NCBI GenBank assembly: GCA_044892525.1 | Contig: CM097885.1 | Coordinates: 4,030,001 to 4,094,000 of the forward strand | Direction of reading: 5' to 3' | Source of the DNA: Schmidtea polychroa | Lineage: Eukaryota | DNA length: 64,000 nt | Shown: positions 12,075-24,050 of the stretch, piece after piece | Numbering within the stretch: position 1 is the first letter of the stretch | Layout of the letters: each line of letters starts with the position of its first letter | Notes under the pieces: model-generated | What the model saw: only the letters and a program-made list of their open reading frames with translations | What the model was told of the DNA's origin: nothing | Database searches by the model: none | Made by a program: the position numbers and the translations under genes

Positions 12075-13077
12075 ATGCGAGAAATGGAAACTCGTCAACT
12101 GGTTAATGAAATTAATACAGACGCTCATGCCAATATGGGAACTACATCAAATGATTTCAACATTTTTAGAAAACGATTCTATTTGTGGTCCATCAAAATA
12201 TTCCTGATCTCATATTTTAAAGATAATGAAGCAACACTCCGAGCCCTATGGGAAGATGCAAAGATTACCAAATATTTTACCTGCCAGGAAGAACTTGGTG
12301 GAAATGGCTTTCGACATCTTCAATGCATGCTCGAAACATGCTGAAATTTCTCGATATCGGCAGTCCGAGCTCAATTCAAAATCCCCTTCATTAAAGGGCA
12401 TCCAGCTTCTGAGAAAGCGGCCGTACTCGCCTATGCGACGAAACTGGAGACGCGGATCTCTGGGGGAATTCATCTCCAATATGGAACGCAGAGTAAGAAA
12501 TATTCTGAAAATAATTATAAAAATGCACTAAATTCTAATAATTTAAATGAGGCGATTGAAATAATTAAAGAACAAGAGCCATTTCAGTTTCTTACTAAGC
12601 GAAAAGTTTTTATCGAAAGCCTAATGAGCGAATTCGGGAAAGCCACAGAAGCAAATTTTACCGATTTTAATATACAAAAAATAAACGTAAATGATATTTT
12701 TCGTGGGCCAACCGGAATGGGAGAAACCAATTTTGCACTAAGCCGCTTTAATAACCCCGTTCATGTGAAGCATATTCAGATGCTTGGTCGAATTTCATCA
12801 AAAGGTAATCAAACAGATGGAATCGTTATATGCAGTAGGTAGATGTGAGCTAATGAATCAGTATGGGTTATCGCGCATTTGATCGTCAAAAGGTAATCAA
12901 ACAGATGAAATCGTCATAGACAACTTAATTTTTCAGCAAGCGAATTCTTGAGTTTGGTCGACCTCGCGTTTGAAAATTGTGTCAATATGTGTCAACATGT
13001 CCCAATCGTTCGCATTCTATCAGAATCTTCATTGGTTTTTGCCAAGACTTTAATTAAATTTTCAAAAACTTGTTGAA
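12075..13077 (+). mobile_element. rep: Endogenous CRESS ssDNA virus Rep pseudogene (HUH endonuclease plus SF3 helicase)
   Basis: One frame from 12075 to 12842, broken by one TGA (12342-12344), carries motif II QEELGGNGFRHLQC (12315-12326 HLQC), motif III AYATKLETR (12432), Walker A GPTGMGET (12705-12728, K to E) and Walker B DGIVI. A duplicated copy reads DEIVIDN. Downstream, LSLVDLAFENCVN..VRIL..LVF fits the B'/motif C region. Confidence 0.85.
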
Positions 13078-13458
13078 ACCTTTATCTGACAATTCTTTAT
13101 CTCTTGCTTTCCATTTGCTGCTATTATGCCACCTCAGATTGCCACTGTCTCTCTGTTACCCAATCACATTTAGATGGTTTCCATTGGCTCAGGCGGATGG
13201 ACACGCATCGGATATCCTCTAGATGCTGCTCGAATGCACTGCAGTAAATTAGCAAGCCAACGATATAGAGCATGCATTGCTTTATTCCGTGCGTTACTCA
13301 ATTCATGCATATCGGTAAATGAGGCTGCTGCATTTGTTAATCCGATTGCAATACTTCGCAATTGATGTAGATCTCATCCAATGGTAATTGCTGCTTTCTC
13401 TTTGCCTTCTCCCTTGCCTTCAATTAGCCAATATTCCCTCCTCAGGCCGAGGGCTGTG

Positions 13459-13481
13459 AATATATATATATATATATATAT
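13459..13481. repeat. (TA)n microsatellite at the junction of the viral insert and the hAT remnant
   Basis: Uninterrupted ATATAT run. Confidence 0.9.
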
Positions 13482-13484
13482 CAC

Positions 13485-14400
13485 CACAAATATATACATA
13501 TATATCCGAAAAGGCGGTAGTCACAACAATGATCTTCTGTGAAATCTTCTTCTACATCGTCTTCTACGTCATCAAGCATCTCATGGGAAATGGAATATTT
13601 CGGTACATGGCAACAATCCATGATAACTAAATGGAGTGCATCAATATGCAAAGTTGATTTAAAACTCAAAATATTTTACCATATTATTTCCTTACAGCTG
13701 CTGCCTCATTAGGTGACTACATAACATCACTTTCTAAGGCTATCCCAAAGTTCACCAACTTGTTTTCTATCAAATTTTTAATAGTTTCTGCATTTCCTTG
13801 CTTAATTATTTCAGTTAAATCCAGAACTTAGCATTCAACTCTATTTGATTCTATTCCAATTACATGAGCTGTTACATTTACCTTAGCGTAAGATAGTGCA
13901 ATCTGTCCACTCATCCACTGTAATGGCAAATTTACGATTTTCTCTTTTTAATTTATCAAATATTTAATGAAGTTCGATAAGTTTTTCTTTATGAAACTCG
14001 TTAACGCATTTAGAAATATTTGTTGCACTTATCGGCATTTTATAACCTTTCTGTTGCACGTCACCGCGTATAGCTTGAGAATTGACCATTGCTATGATTG
14101 ACATTCCTTCAACAGCCGCCGCTTTGGACAATATTCAATTTGTTACCAAGATCAAATAGTATTTGTATCAGTTTGTTGCTTCTTGCTAAGAACATTGCTT
14201 TCTTCATAATTTTCAGTGGAGCCCGATTTACATATTGCTACATTGTGTCACGGCTTTAAATGGTTAATCATAGGAATGGGAGAGCTTCTACATCATATTT
14301 TCATGTTGAAGCTACCACATCTGGCCTCACCAATTTTTGTTTCCTCTTTTTTATAAAACTTTCTTAGCTCTGACTTTTATTTAAAATGAAACTTTATTTT
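13485..14400 (-). mobile_element. Decayed hAT (Ac/hobo-like) transposase remnant
   Basis: Broken frames read BED-finger-like EARC..NHLK, then KFAITVDEWTD..NVTAH, GNAETIKNLIENKLVNFGI and NQLCI..LHLVIMD (first catalytic D region and decayed CxxH region). Confidence 0.7.
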
Positions 14401-14918
14401 ATTTCAACAATTACGCGTTTTTACCTTTTCATAATTCTCTAGAATTGTTTTTAATATTTGCTTTTGTGGTGTTTATCCTAAGCAATTCTGGTTTCTTTGC
14501 TTTTATAGAATTAGATGATGAAATCATGAAATCACAAATATTAATGCGAACACAAAACATTTTATTGTTTTCTTTAAATTACAATTTTCTTAAATTATTT
14601 ACACTTTTAAATTTTTTAATTTTAACTCCAAGAGAATACATTCAAAAACTAGTATTTACTTAAACAAGTAAAACAGTATGATTTTTTTAATTAAGCATAA
14701 AAAATGTAGTTAATTGTTTAGTTAAATTATTTGTCCGTTATTTCTTAGATCCATAATTGATTTGTGTAGTGGTTGGATAGAAAGATCTATTCGGGTTCAT
14801 ATTATTGTTAATTTGTTACATATTTCGCGAATTGTAATGGATGAGGATGTTGGTCTAGGAGCATAATTTCACAATTCATAACGGATCGAATCCAGCTTAC
14901 GATTGATTCAATATAGAT

Positions 14919-14960
14919 TATATAAGATTTATATAGATTTCGATAAGATTATTTTATGGC
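14919..14960 (-). other. Genomic copy of the planarian spliced leader SL-1 (probable 5' end of a retrocopy)
   Basis: Minus strand GCCATAAAATAATCTTATCGAAATCTATATAAATCTTATATA versus recalled SL-1 GCCGTTAGACGGTCTTATCGAAATCTATATAAATCTTATATG: gapless, 35/42 identical, nt 13-41 exact. No GT donor or Sm site follows. Confidence 0.75.
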
Positions 14961-16933
14961 AAAATTCCACAATAACTTATTCCATCGATAGGACATTTGT
15001 AACTGCCTCCTTAGCATCACTTTCTCGTTAATCTTGGCTATTCTTTGTATCATTTGTTGTATTTGTCATACAGCAATAAAGACTGACTTGATAACCAAAT
15101 CCTTTCATCTTGACCATGTTTCTTTTGTTATTATAATATGATATAATATGATAATGGTTATTGTATTATCATTATAATAATCATCATTTATATGATATAA
15201 ATGTTTGGCAACATCCATTGGAGCTAATATTAATTGTGGAGGATATCAAAACAAAACTGACATACTTTTAAATAGACTTAGACTTTGTCGTACTTCGTAT
15301 TTCATTGACCTCTCATTCCAGTTTCCAGGCTTAGTCAAAGAATAAATTCGTCAAGAAATCACGGATTTCAATAGCGAATATCTGCTGAATTGCGATGGTC
15401 ATTTGCGACCTTATATATCAAACTTGATATCTGTTATTGAAGAGAAGATCCAAATCAAACGAGAGCAATTACAGGAACACAAAACTAAACGAAGATTTAA
15501 AAAAGAACTCTGAAGTTTTGGTATTGGTAAATTCATATAAACCGAAGCTGTTTAGTTGATAGAAAAGTGATATAAAATTGTTGGAATTCGAGAATCAAAT
15601 AGCTGTCAAGGATTTGAATGAAAATGAGAGGATTTGCCTGACATTGCAGGAGGAATCTGCAGAACATTCTAAAGCCATTCAGAATTTAACGAATCAAGTT
15701 GGTTATGATACTAAAAAGTCGACCGTTGGTTGCTCTGACTCCTCGTGTCCCAAAATCGATAAACAAACTTTCAACGTATCTTTGTTTATAACAAATCTAC
15801 AACTCTCAATAAATAACAATGTTTAATTAACAACAATTTCGTTTACACAGGCTGATTTAGTTTCGTTTTGTAAAGTGTCGACCCTGTGCAATTTAAAATA
15901 TGTTTCCTCTTATTTTTTCTCTTCCACTCTTTGATCCGACTTCCTTTGATATTCTCGTTCGTCCTAATTCTTTTTGTAATTCCCTTTTTCAGTTTTAATT
16001 TCTTTTCCTTAATTTCCTATTCTTGTTTTCGTCCTCCCTATCTGAGGCTACTGCCGATTATTTGAGTTTGGAGTTTCCTTATATACTCCAATAATCGATG
16101 TAATTGTCCGTTTTTGAACTAATTAGTTTTCTCTTATAGAGGACTTCCTTAGTTATCGTTCTCTAATTAGTATTTCTGTTGACCCTTTTAGTAATTCCCA
16201 TTTTTGTTTACCCTCGTTTATCATACTGTTTAGCTAATTTCCCTCTAAAGTCCAAGTTTATCTGTTTTCCCTAATTACCGCTCTCTGGTTTTTTTCATCA
16301 CTTAGACTCCCCATTAGCTCTGGTTTTCCATTAGCCAATTAATTAATACTTTGTGTTTTTCCATATTTCCTGTTTTTCGACTTTTTCTAAACAATTTCCC
16401 GCTAACTGTCTTCCTCACTATTCCTTTATCAACACCACTTCCGTTTTCCAGCTTTAATTTTGATAACATTTCACTTTATCCCAATTCTTCAAATTTGCGC
16501 ATTTTTCCATTTCGTGTCTAATTGTACCCTATCATAATTTCGTGCTATCATTGTTTGCCAATACATCACCTTTATCATTACTGATTCATAGTCAAATATT
16601 TTCTAATAAATACAATGTCAATTGAAAAAATATCAGAGGTGAAAATTGAAAAGTCTATTTAGTGTATAAAAATATATGATTCGTTTTACGGCCACCTTTT
16701 CAGGAACGTATCTAGGCAGTATGGTGAGACATGAGTAATATTATTTATCATGAAGCTTCCATTGGTGTCATCAACTAATCCAGCCCCCTCCCCCCTAGAA
16801 TAAATGATTGTAGACTGTCCCTATATCAAACATCACAAAGTATGAATATAATTATCCATATAATTTATCACAACAAAATAATACAAACTATTAATAAATA
16901 TAAACTAAAAGCCTCCAACTTACACTTCATTAT

Positions 16934-18451
16934 CTAATATCTGTTAAATATATAATTAGTAATATTACAACTCTTGACAGGCGCATCCTCACTGATTAGA
17001 ACTTTGGAATATTGTTCGTCACTTATCTCTTCTGTGAAACCTATTTTGAATAATTGCATCATTCTCACAAAGAAAATAAAGAATTCTATTCTTGCAAGTG
17101 ACTCTCCAAGGCACTGCCGTTTCCCAATACCAAATGGAATTAGTTCCTCTTTTGGTCGGTATTTTAATGTTCCGTCACTTTCCAAATTGAGGAAGTGTTC
17201 TGGATAAAATGTCATCGGATTCTTCCAGAGATCCGGATCCACATGGCATGCAAACAAGTTAGGGAAGATCATTGAATTTTTAGGAATGTAATATCCTTTT
17301 AAATTGGTGTCTTGGAAGGTTCGGTGGAATACAGACAAAGGAACCACCGAGCTTAATCTCAATATTTCATCCATTACAGCTTGAGTATAATTCAGTAATT
17401 TTTTATCTTCCATCGTTGGTAGGCGTTCTTTCCCGATTATTTCCATTATCTCATCATGAACCTTTTTCTGAATATCAAGATGTCTAGACATGAAAAGGCA
17501 ACTCCAAACAAGCGTGGTTGAACTTGTTTCAGATCCTGCAATAAATAGTTCAGAGGCATTTCGAATCATTTGCCAATCAACGAAGGTCTCGACGTTTCCA
17601 GTTGATTGCATCAGTTGGTGTTGCTTTATTAGGAACCGGTCAATTAGGTCTTCTCCTTCCGAATTAAAATCAAGAGATGTTCGATGCATCTCAATTTCTT
17701 TTGCAAAGTAATTCTGAACTGGAATAAGGGACTTCCATGAAGATGTAAGTTGCATAAATTTTGCAATCAAAGTGGACTGCTCAAAAATGGGAAACATTAA
17801 TAATAAGAATTGCGCTATATCTTTGTTTTTAAGCACTTTCCTTGAAGATTCTTCAATTAATTGAATCGTTGGGTCGTCTCTCGTGTACCGCCTGTTTGTT
17901 ATGAATTTGGATATTATATTCATAGAATAGATTGGGATCAATTCAGTAAAGTTAACAATCTGACCCAATTGGGTATCTAATTCATCAACTAATTCTGAAC
18001 ATTCATCTTGAACAATTTCAACAGATATGCGTCTCCCGAAACCAAAATCTCGTAGAACCTTCAAGACAAAAGACCTTTGAGTTTCCCATAAAGGTCCATC
18101 AGTGAAAAGGATTCCGGAATCATGAATAAAATCAGAGAAAAATTTCGTTTTCCATCGGCCTGAGAAGTTTTTCCCATCATCTACTAGAGCCTTTTTGATC
18201 GAGTCGTAACTGTTCAGCACGAATACCTTTCTCATTCCTAATTTTATGCTGAATATCGGTCCCAGTTTTTTACCGACTTTCAATAATAAATGGGGCAGAG
18301 TCGGTTCAATTTTATGGATCATCCCAATTAAAGGCAAACCATATTCAGTTGGGACTTCTCTCAATCCTTCCGGCACCGAATCTTTCTTGAAGATCCAGCA
18401 GCAGATAAATAGAAAAATCAAGATACAATTAATATAGAAACTTAGGTCCAT
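16934..18451 (-). CDS. Cytochrome P450, clan 2-like, intronless, 505 aa
   Basis: N-terminal membrane anchor, WETQR (WxxxR), AGSETSST (I helix), EILR (ExxR), PEHF, heme motif FGIGKRQCLG. The ATG is at 18451; the ORF track starts at a GTG two codons earlier. Confidence 0.95.
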   Translation of the reverse strand: MDLSFYINCILIFLFICCWIFKKDSVPEGLREVPTEYGLPLIGMIHKIEPTLPHLLLKVGKKLGPIFSIKLGMRKVFVLNSYDSIKKALVDDGKNFSGRWKTKFFSDFIHDSGILFTDGPLWETQRSFVLKVLRDFGFGRRISVEIVQDECSELVDELDTQLGQIVNFTELIPIYSMNIISKFITNRRYTRDDPTIQLIEESSRKVLKNKDIAQFLLLMFPIFEQSTLIAKFMQLTSSWKSLIPVQNYFAKEIEMHRTSLDFNSEGEDLIDRFLIKQHQLMQSTGNVETFVDWQMIRNASELFIAGSETSSTTLVWSCLFMSRHLDIQKKVHDEIMEIIGKERLPTMEDKKLLNYTQAVMDEILRLSSVVPLSVFHRTFQDTNLKGYYIPKNSMIFPNLFACHVDPDLWKNPMTFYPEHFLNLESDGTLKYRPKEELIPFGIGKRQCLGESLARIEFFIFFVRMMQLFKIGFTEEISDEQYSKVLISEDAPVKSCNITNYIFNRY

Positions 18452-20309
18452 TTTCACCCTTCAAATCAGGCTGGTGTGAATATATATATATAGCAATTTC
18501 TATAACAATAGGTCTAGTTGTGCTGTAATTGCGCATTATTGAGAAAGATGGAGTGCTTAATATAGAAAATCTGTCATATTTATTGTAAAAATGGCACTTA
18601 CCCTGACCTTTATGGCAACAAGAGTTGACATTTATCATAGCAATATCTGTCCATAGCTCGTTACTCTTTCAAATGAATTATTTTATTAGTTATTTTATTA
18701 GAAAATAATTTATGAATAAATAGGCTACAATATGAGGGTCCATGATAAAGGCTTGAAGCATATTCCATTTGTTGATGGAGAGAGTTGTCTCAAGGTTCCA
18801 TAACAATAATGCAACATAATGTGATGTAATTGTATTTTGATATTTGATTTGCCTTTTCCTCTATATGTTATTGTTGAGTTTTTAATCAGATAAATATTAA
18901 TGTCAGTGTTTCTGAATCCACGTGTTCTGTGAAAACAATTAGACAAACGACACTCAGCGTATATTTGTATTGAAATTAGTATAAACTACTATTTAAAAAA
19001 CGTCAAATATCGTTATAAAATGCCTATTCTGACTATTCGCTGTAACCACTTTGGTTCTGCACGTCCTGCAACAGTAACCACCTTTTCTTTACTCCTTTGA
19101 CTTAATTTGATGCTTTTATTTTCCTTTCCACTAATACTTTCTTCTTTTTTTAATTTATTCGTTCATACCTGATACAAAATGCCGATTGTTTCTAAGTTTA
19201 AGCTCCCTTATATATTTGAAATAATCGCATTAATTGATGGTGTTTCAACCCACTGCGTCTCCCTTGTGATAATCTTTTCCCGTTCTCCCATTACTCATGC
19301 TGTCATTATAATGGTTTTCCAAAATCAATTTTGTTTACTTTTCTTTCTGTTTACCTAACTTGGGTATTCTTTAAATCATTAATTAACCCGTTTTTGCAAT
19401 TTTAATTCTATTTTTTTATTTTTATGATTTCGAATTTTCCGACATTCCCTCTTAATTATGTAGAAATTATAACCTTTTAAAATAATTTAAAATTTAACAA
19501 CCGAAACAATATTATATGAATACCTGCATACTTGATTAATTTTCTTGATTGGCTGGATCCTCTTATAAATTGTCCACATATAAATTATTATTGTCTGTAT
19601 TGCTTATAAATTATCTACATGAATAATAATAATAACCTCTTTACTGATTTTATAAATTTTCTAAAGGATTCTTTATTATCTGTAATTTTACATTCTCCTT
19701 TCATCCACTTTAATCCAAACTCCAGACTGCTGCCAGCTCCTCTTGACACAATTAGCTCTTTCTTATAAATACAATGTAAATTAAAAAGAAATAAGTTGTG
19801 AAAATTGAAAAAAGTTCTTATTATAAACACGTATGATTATATATCGGATGCTTCATCGGGATTAATTATTTCCAGCTCAAGAAATCCATAGAAATGTGTA
19901 AATTTCTCATTAAACTTATGTTAATTTATAAAACATTTCTATAGAATGACCATATATGATAAAAAAAATATTGACGCAATGGAAAGCAGTCACCAATTTT
20001 ACGAAATATTTCATATCCTTGGAATCAGAAAGAAAGGAGATCAAATATAAAGACTGAAATTTAATAAATAAATTAAATAAAAAAATGACTTACGTTTTTA
20101 TCATAAATTTATCATAAAATATTAAAGATAATTTAAAATTGTTATATTAAATGAAAGAAAATCAGAATAAATCTTTTAAAATACATAAAATTTAACATAA
20201 AATTGAATATTAATATTAAAACCAAAGCAAAGCTTAATTGACTTATCTTATTTAATGTCTATAAAATGATTATCAATTGAGCTTTGGTGTATTTTCATTT
20301 GCACTAATA

Positions 20310-21084
20310 CACGAGTAACCACTCAAATACGTTTCCTATAACATAAGAAAAAAATTAATAATCTTACATTATAGAAACATACATACTTACTTCGATTTCA
20401 CGTTGATGTTTTCATAGATAGTGCAATGAGATACACCTTACACTGTCGAAATCTTAAAAATAATAGAAAAATTAAATACTGAAAACAATCACAACACATA
20501 CTGATAAACACATACAATCTTTCGATTCATAGAAATGTGCCGCTGAGATACGTTTTTATAATAACTTTTTTTTAGAAAATTTTGAAAGAATAAGTTGGTT
20601 GAAAATTTGTTTTAATATATCTTTAATCAAACTGCGTTAAACTGTCGTGCAAATGACGAAATATCATCGTCAGATTAATTTTTTCAGTTAAAATTAAATT
20701 AAACATTCTTTAGAATTTCAGATATTTCTATAGAAATATATATATATTTTTGATGATTTATTTAAATATTTAATTATATTTAAAAATATATCTGACTCAC
20801 ATCATATTGAAATAATTCCAAAATACTTAAAAATATATTTCATCAAGTTGCTAAAAAAACCTGAAAATTAATTAAAAATAATTTAGAATACAAATGTTGA
20901 CTAAAAGTAATATTGAAGAAGTTGAATAAAAATTTACTTAAAATTAAAAATCTTACCTGAAAAGCATTTCTAACATAGCTAAAATAAATTTCTAGAATAA
21001 ATGAACATTATTAAATTGGTGAGTAATCAATTGATGTGCACACTAACCACTACTATAGAAAATGTATCTCAATGGTGTTTGGTG
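20310..21084. mobile_element. TA-flanked MITE, family X copy 1
   Basis: Termini resemble CACCAAACACCA..GATACGTTTCCTATA in inverted orientation, with TA on each side. The interior is homologous to 31264-32123 and 32438-32840. Confidence 0.6.
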
Positions 21085-23153
21085 TACGCAACTATTCAAA
21101 CTATCAATCACCGCACAGCCAATCAAATTCGATTGCATATAGTTGAAATTACTTATCAAGGTTGCTTCACATTATGTTTATTTTGCTTTGAAAATGTCTC
21201 ATATCTAACAATTATATTTAACAATAAAATGTGTATAAACATTTCTTTTATTTATTGAGGTTACAAAAAATACATTTTAATTTTTTTATTTCCATAACGA
21301 CATTTAGAATTTCGTTGCAATATTTTGGTTTGTTTTATATTTTTTAATTATGGAGTAAAATTGTCAGCTGTCTATCGTACAATATTAATAATATATCATG
21401 TCATTTTTTTAAAAATAACTTTGAAGCTGCTAGACAAATGATATTAGTTTTGTGGAAAATATTTTGTCTAATTTTCAAGAAATATTTATTTTATTTAAAC
21501 AAATAATTTTTTGAAACTTTCTTGTAATTTTTATTGACAACTAGAAACATATTTTAAAAAAAAATTTTAATTATTAATTATTATTTATTACAATTTTTTG
21601 TTCTTTAATTCTTTCCAAGATTTCATATTGTTTTCGAGTGGACTTGGTGGCTTTTTAAAAATGATCGTAATTCTCCAGAAACCTTCAGGAACTTTATCAG
21701 GATAAACAATGTCTGATTTATATTTGGTGTTCCAGGTTGAGCCTCAATTGACACTCAAATCTGCGTTTTTTTCAATAATAAAATAAAATTCTTTGGACAA
21801 TTAGAGTGGCATATATCATTAAAACGTAGGTCGTAGTTCAAGTTTTATTTATACGGTTTTTCCAATGTCGCATCAATAATGATTATTTTCTTTATTTTCA
21901 CTTCATTTTTAGAGAATAAATTAAAATATATATTTTATTTGTGTTATTTTTATATTTTTATATTTCAAGAGTGTAATCGATAAGGAGTTGATAAAGGCTG
22001 TGCCGAAATATCGTGTAACTAATATATTGTTTTCATCGATAATCTTACAAATATTAATATAACAAATATTAATACAAATATTAATATATTAATATAATTA
22101 TTGATTTAAAAAAATTATATTAAAATATATTTATTAAAAATAATTTAAATTAAAAAATATTTTTATAAATTTAATAAAATTTGATAATTAAATCAATGTT
22201 TTTTTCTATCCTACCTGAAAAACTGTCAAAAAAGATGATTGAGTAATCTTTTTAATTTAATTATTTTTAAAAAAGAAAATAAAAAATAACCACGGTGAAA
22301 TAAAACGATAAAATAAATAAATAAATTTTATATAAATTGGAAAAGGAAAATAATAACTTTCACTGTTTAGGAAAGACTATGAGAAACATTTAGCTAAAAT
22401 AAAATGCTATTATTTATTTTTATGTTTTTAAATTAAATGCTTTTTTGTTGATTTAAACAACGATTTGAAAAAAATTGTCATTGATTTCGTAGACCCTTGT
22501 ATCATTAATTTATTTCAATGGGTTTCATACTCTATTTCACAATATCATGGATTATTTATCGTTTTAATCGATATATTTTAGTATTTATCCTTTTTATAAT
22601 GAAATTTTGTTTAACTGAATCATATTACTATTTACTTAATCCTTCATCTTTACTGACTTATATTCCATACCTTTGTACTGCAGAAAATGTTTTGACTAAA
22701 ATCAATGAAATAATAGAAACTCCTGGTCTTTGTAAGTAACCTATAAGTAACTGCCCACATGATGTTCGTGGCTCTGGTCTTGTTAGCAAGATTCTCATTT
22801 ATGTATTTATAAAAAACTACGCTTTAGATCTGTCTTTGGAAAACGTTAATCTTCATGATATCGGTAGATTGTGCAAGATATTATAAAAGATCCTACAAAG
22901 AATTTAGCTGACGATAAAAAGTATAAAAATTAAACTTGAACAACGTATAATTTTAATAAAAGATCATTTGTTGTCTACAATAATTAAATGTGAATGAAAT
23001 AAATGGCTTTATTATTACAGAAATATTTAATCGCAAGTAAATTAAGGAAACTAAAATCCGTAAACCATATTTAGGAAATAAAATTAGCAAAGACAAACAA
23101 TCTAAAAGTAATCTAAATGCTTCTTTCAACTGGTGAATTATCAGTTTATGTCT

Positions 23154-23326
23154 CGCGTCTGTGTGCGTTTTTTACTTTGGTATTGGATTGATTTGTGTGC
23201 GCACACAGACGCGGACAATTGTCGAGTTTAATAATCGAGTTTTGGTGAATTACGAGTTTATGTCGCGTCTGTGTGCGTTTTATTTTTGCTGTTGAGATTG
23301 GGAGTTTGTATGCGCACACAGACGCG
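23154..23326. repeat. Tandem pair of hairpins with identical 14-bp arms and divergent loops
   Basis: CGCGTCTGTGTGCG / CGCACACAGACGCG at 23154-23167 / 23200-23213 and at 23264-23277 / 23313-23326. Confidence 0.85.
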
Positions 23327-23486
23327 ATTAGTGTAACTTTTGTCGAGTGAGATCGAATTTTTAATTTTGTGAGTGAGTTTTTGATATTTTTTTTAGCTGG
23401 AATTTTATTTTAATTCGTCAAGTTTGTTTTAAAGATTGGGAGTTTCTGGAAGTGTTTTTGAAAATAAATTTTTGTAAATTTATTTA

Positions 23487-24050
23487 ATGGCTACGATTAA
23501 TACAGATAATTACTATTATCATAAATGCAACAGGGACGTTCACATATCTCAGGATTGTAAATGTGTGACCTGCAATGATGGATTTATTGAAAGAACTGAA
23601 TCTGATAACTCAATGGAAAGTGATGATGATGCCTTGAATGTTCGTCCTGGTGGAAGTACTACAAACGAAACTGATGGTTCCTTTTTTATTACTCAAAGAG
23701 ATCCTGATAACAGAAATAGTGTTTTTGGTCAACTAATATCAAATTTATTTGGTGGATTGCTACCTCGAGATTTTAGATCAGATTCGTTAGATTACATATT
23801 TTCAGATCAAAGTTTCGACAATTTTGTAACGAGAATTATGAATCAATTTGACCAGAGTGGTCCTCCACCAGCAAATGAGGCAGATATTGAGAAATTACAA
23901 GTCAAGAAAATCACCGAAGCTAATGATACAGGTTCCATTTGTCTGTCAGATTATGAGGTGGCTGATGAAGTGTATGAGTTGCCCTGTCAGCACAGATACC
24001 ATGTTCAGTGTCTAAAAACGTGGTTAATTAAACATTCAACCGTAATATGA
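23487..24050 (+). pseudogene. RNF126/RNF115-like E3 ligase, intronless probable retrocopy with lost zinc ligands
   Basis: N-terminal zinc ribbon YYYHKC..CVTCNDGFIE (first Cys to Tyr), GPPPA linker, RING-H2 [G]SICL..LPCQHRYHVQCLKTWL lacking the first Cys and the terminal CxxC. Confidence 0.75.

Noticed and set aside
15780-16600. Purine-rich minus-strand stretch resembling an LTR-element interior (similar at 30300-31200 and 57970-58560)
   Set aside because: No recognisable motif, paired LTR, PBS or PPT.
21978-22013. Hammerhead-like TTGATAA-AGGC-TGT-GCC-GAAA
   Set aside because: Two core substitutions and no proper UH site; at best a dead relic.
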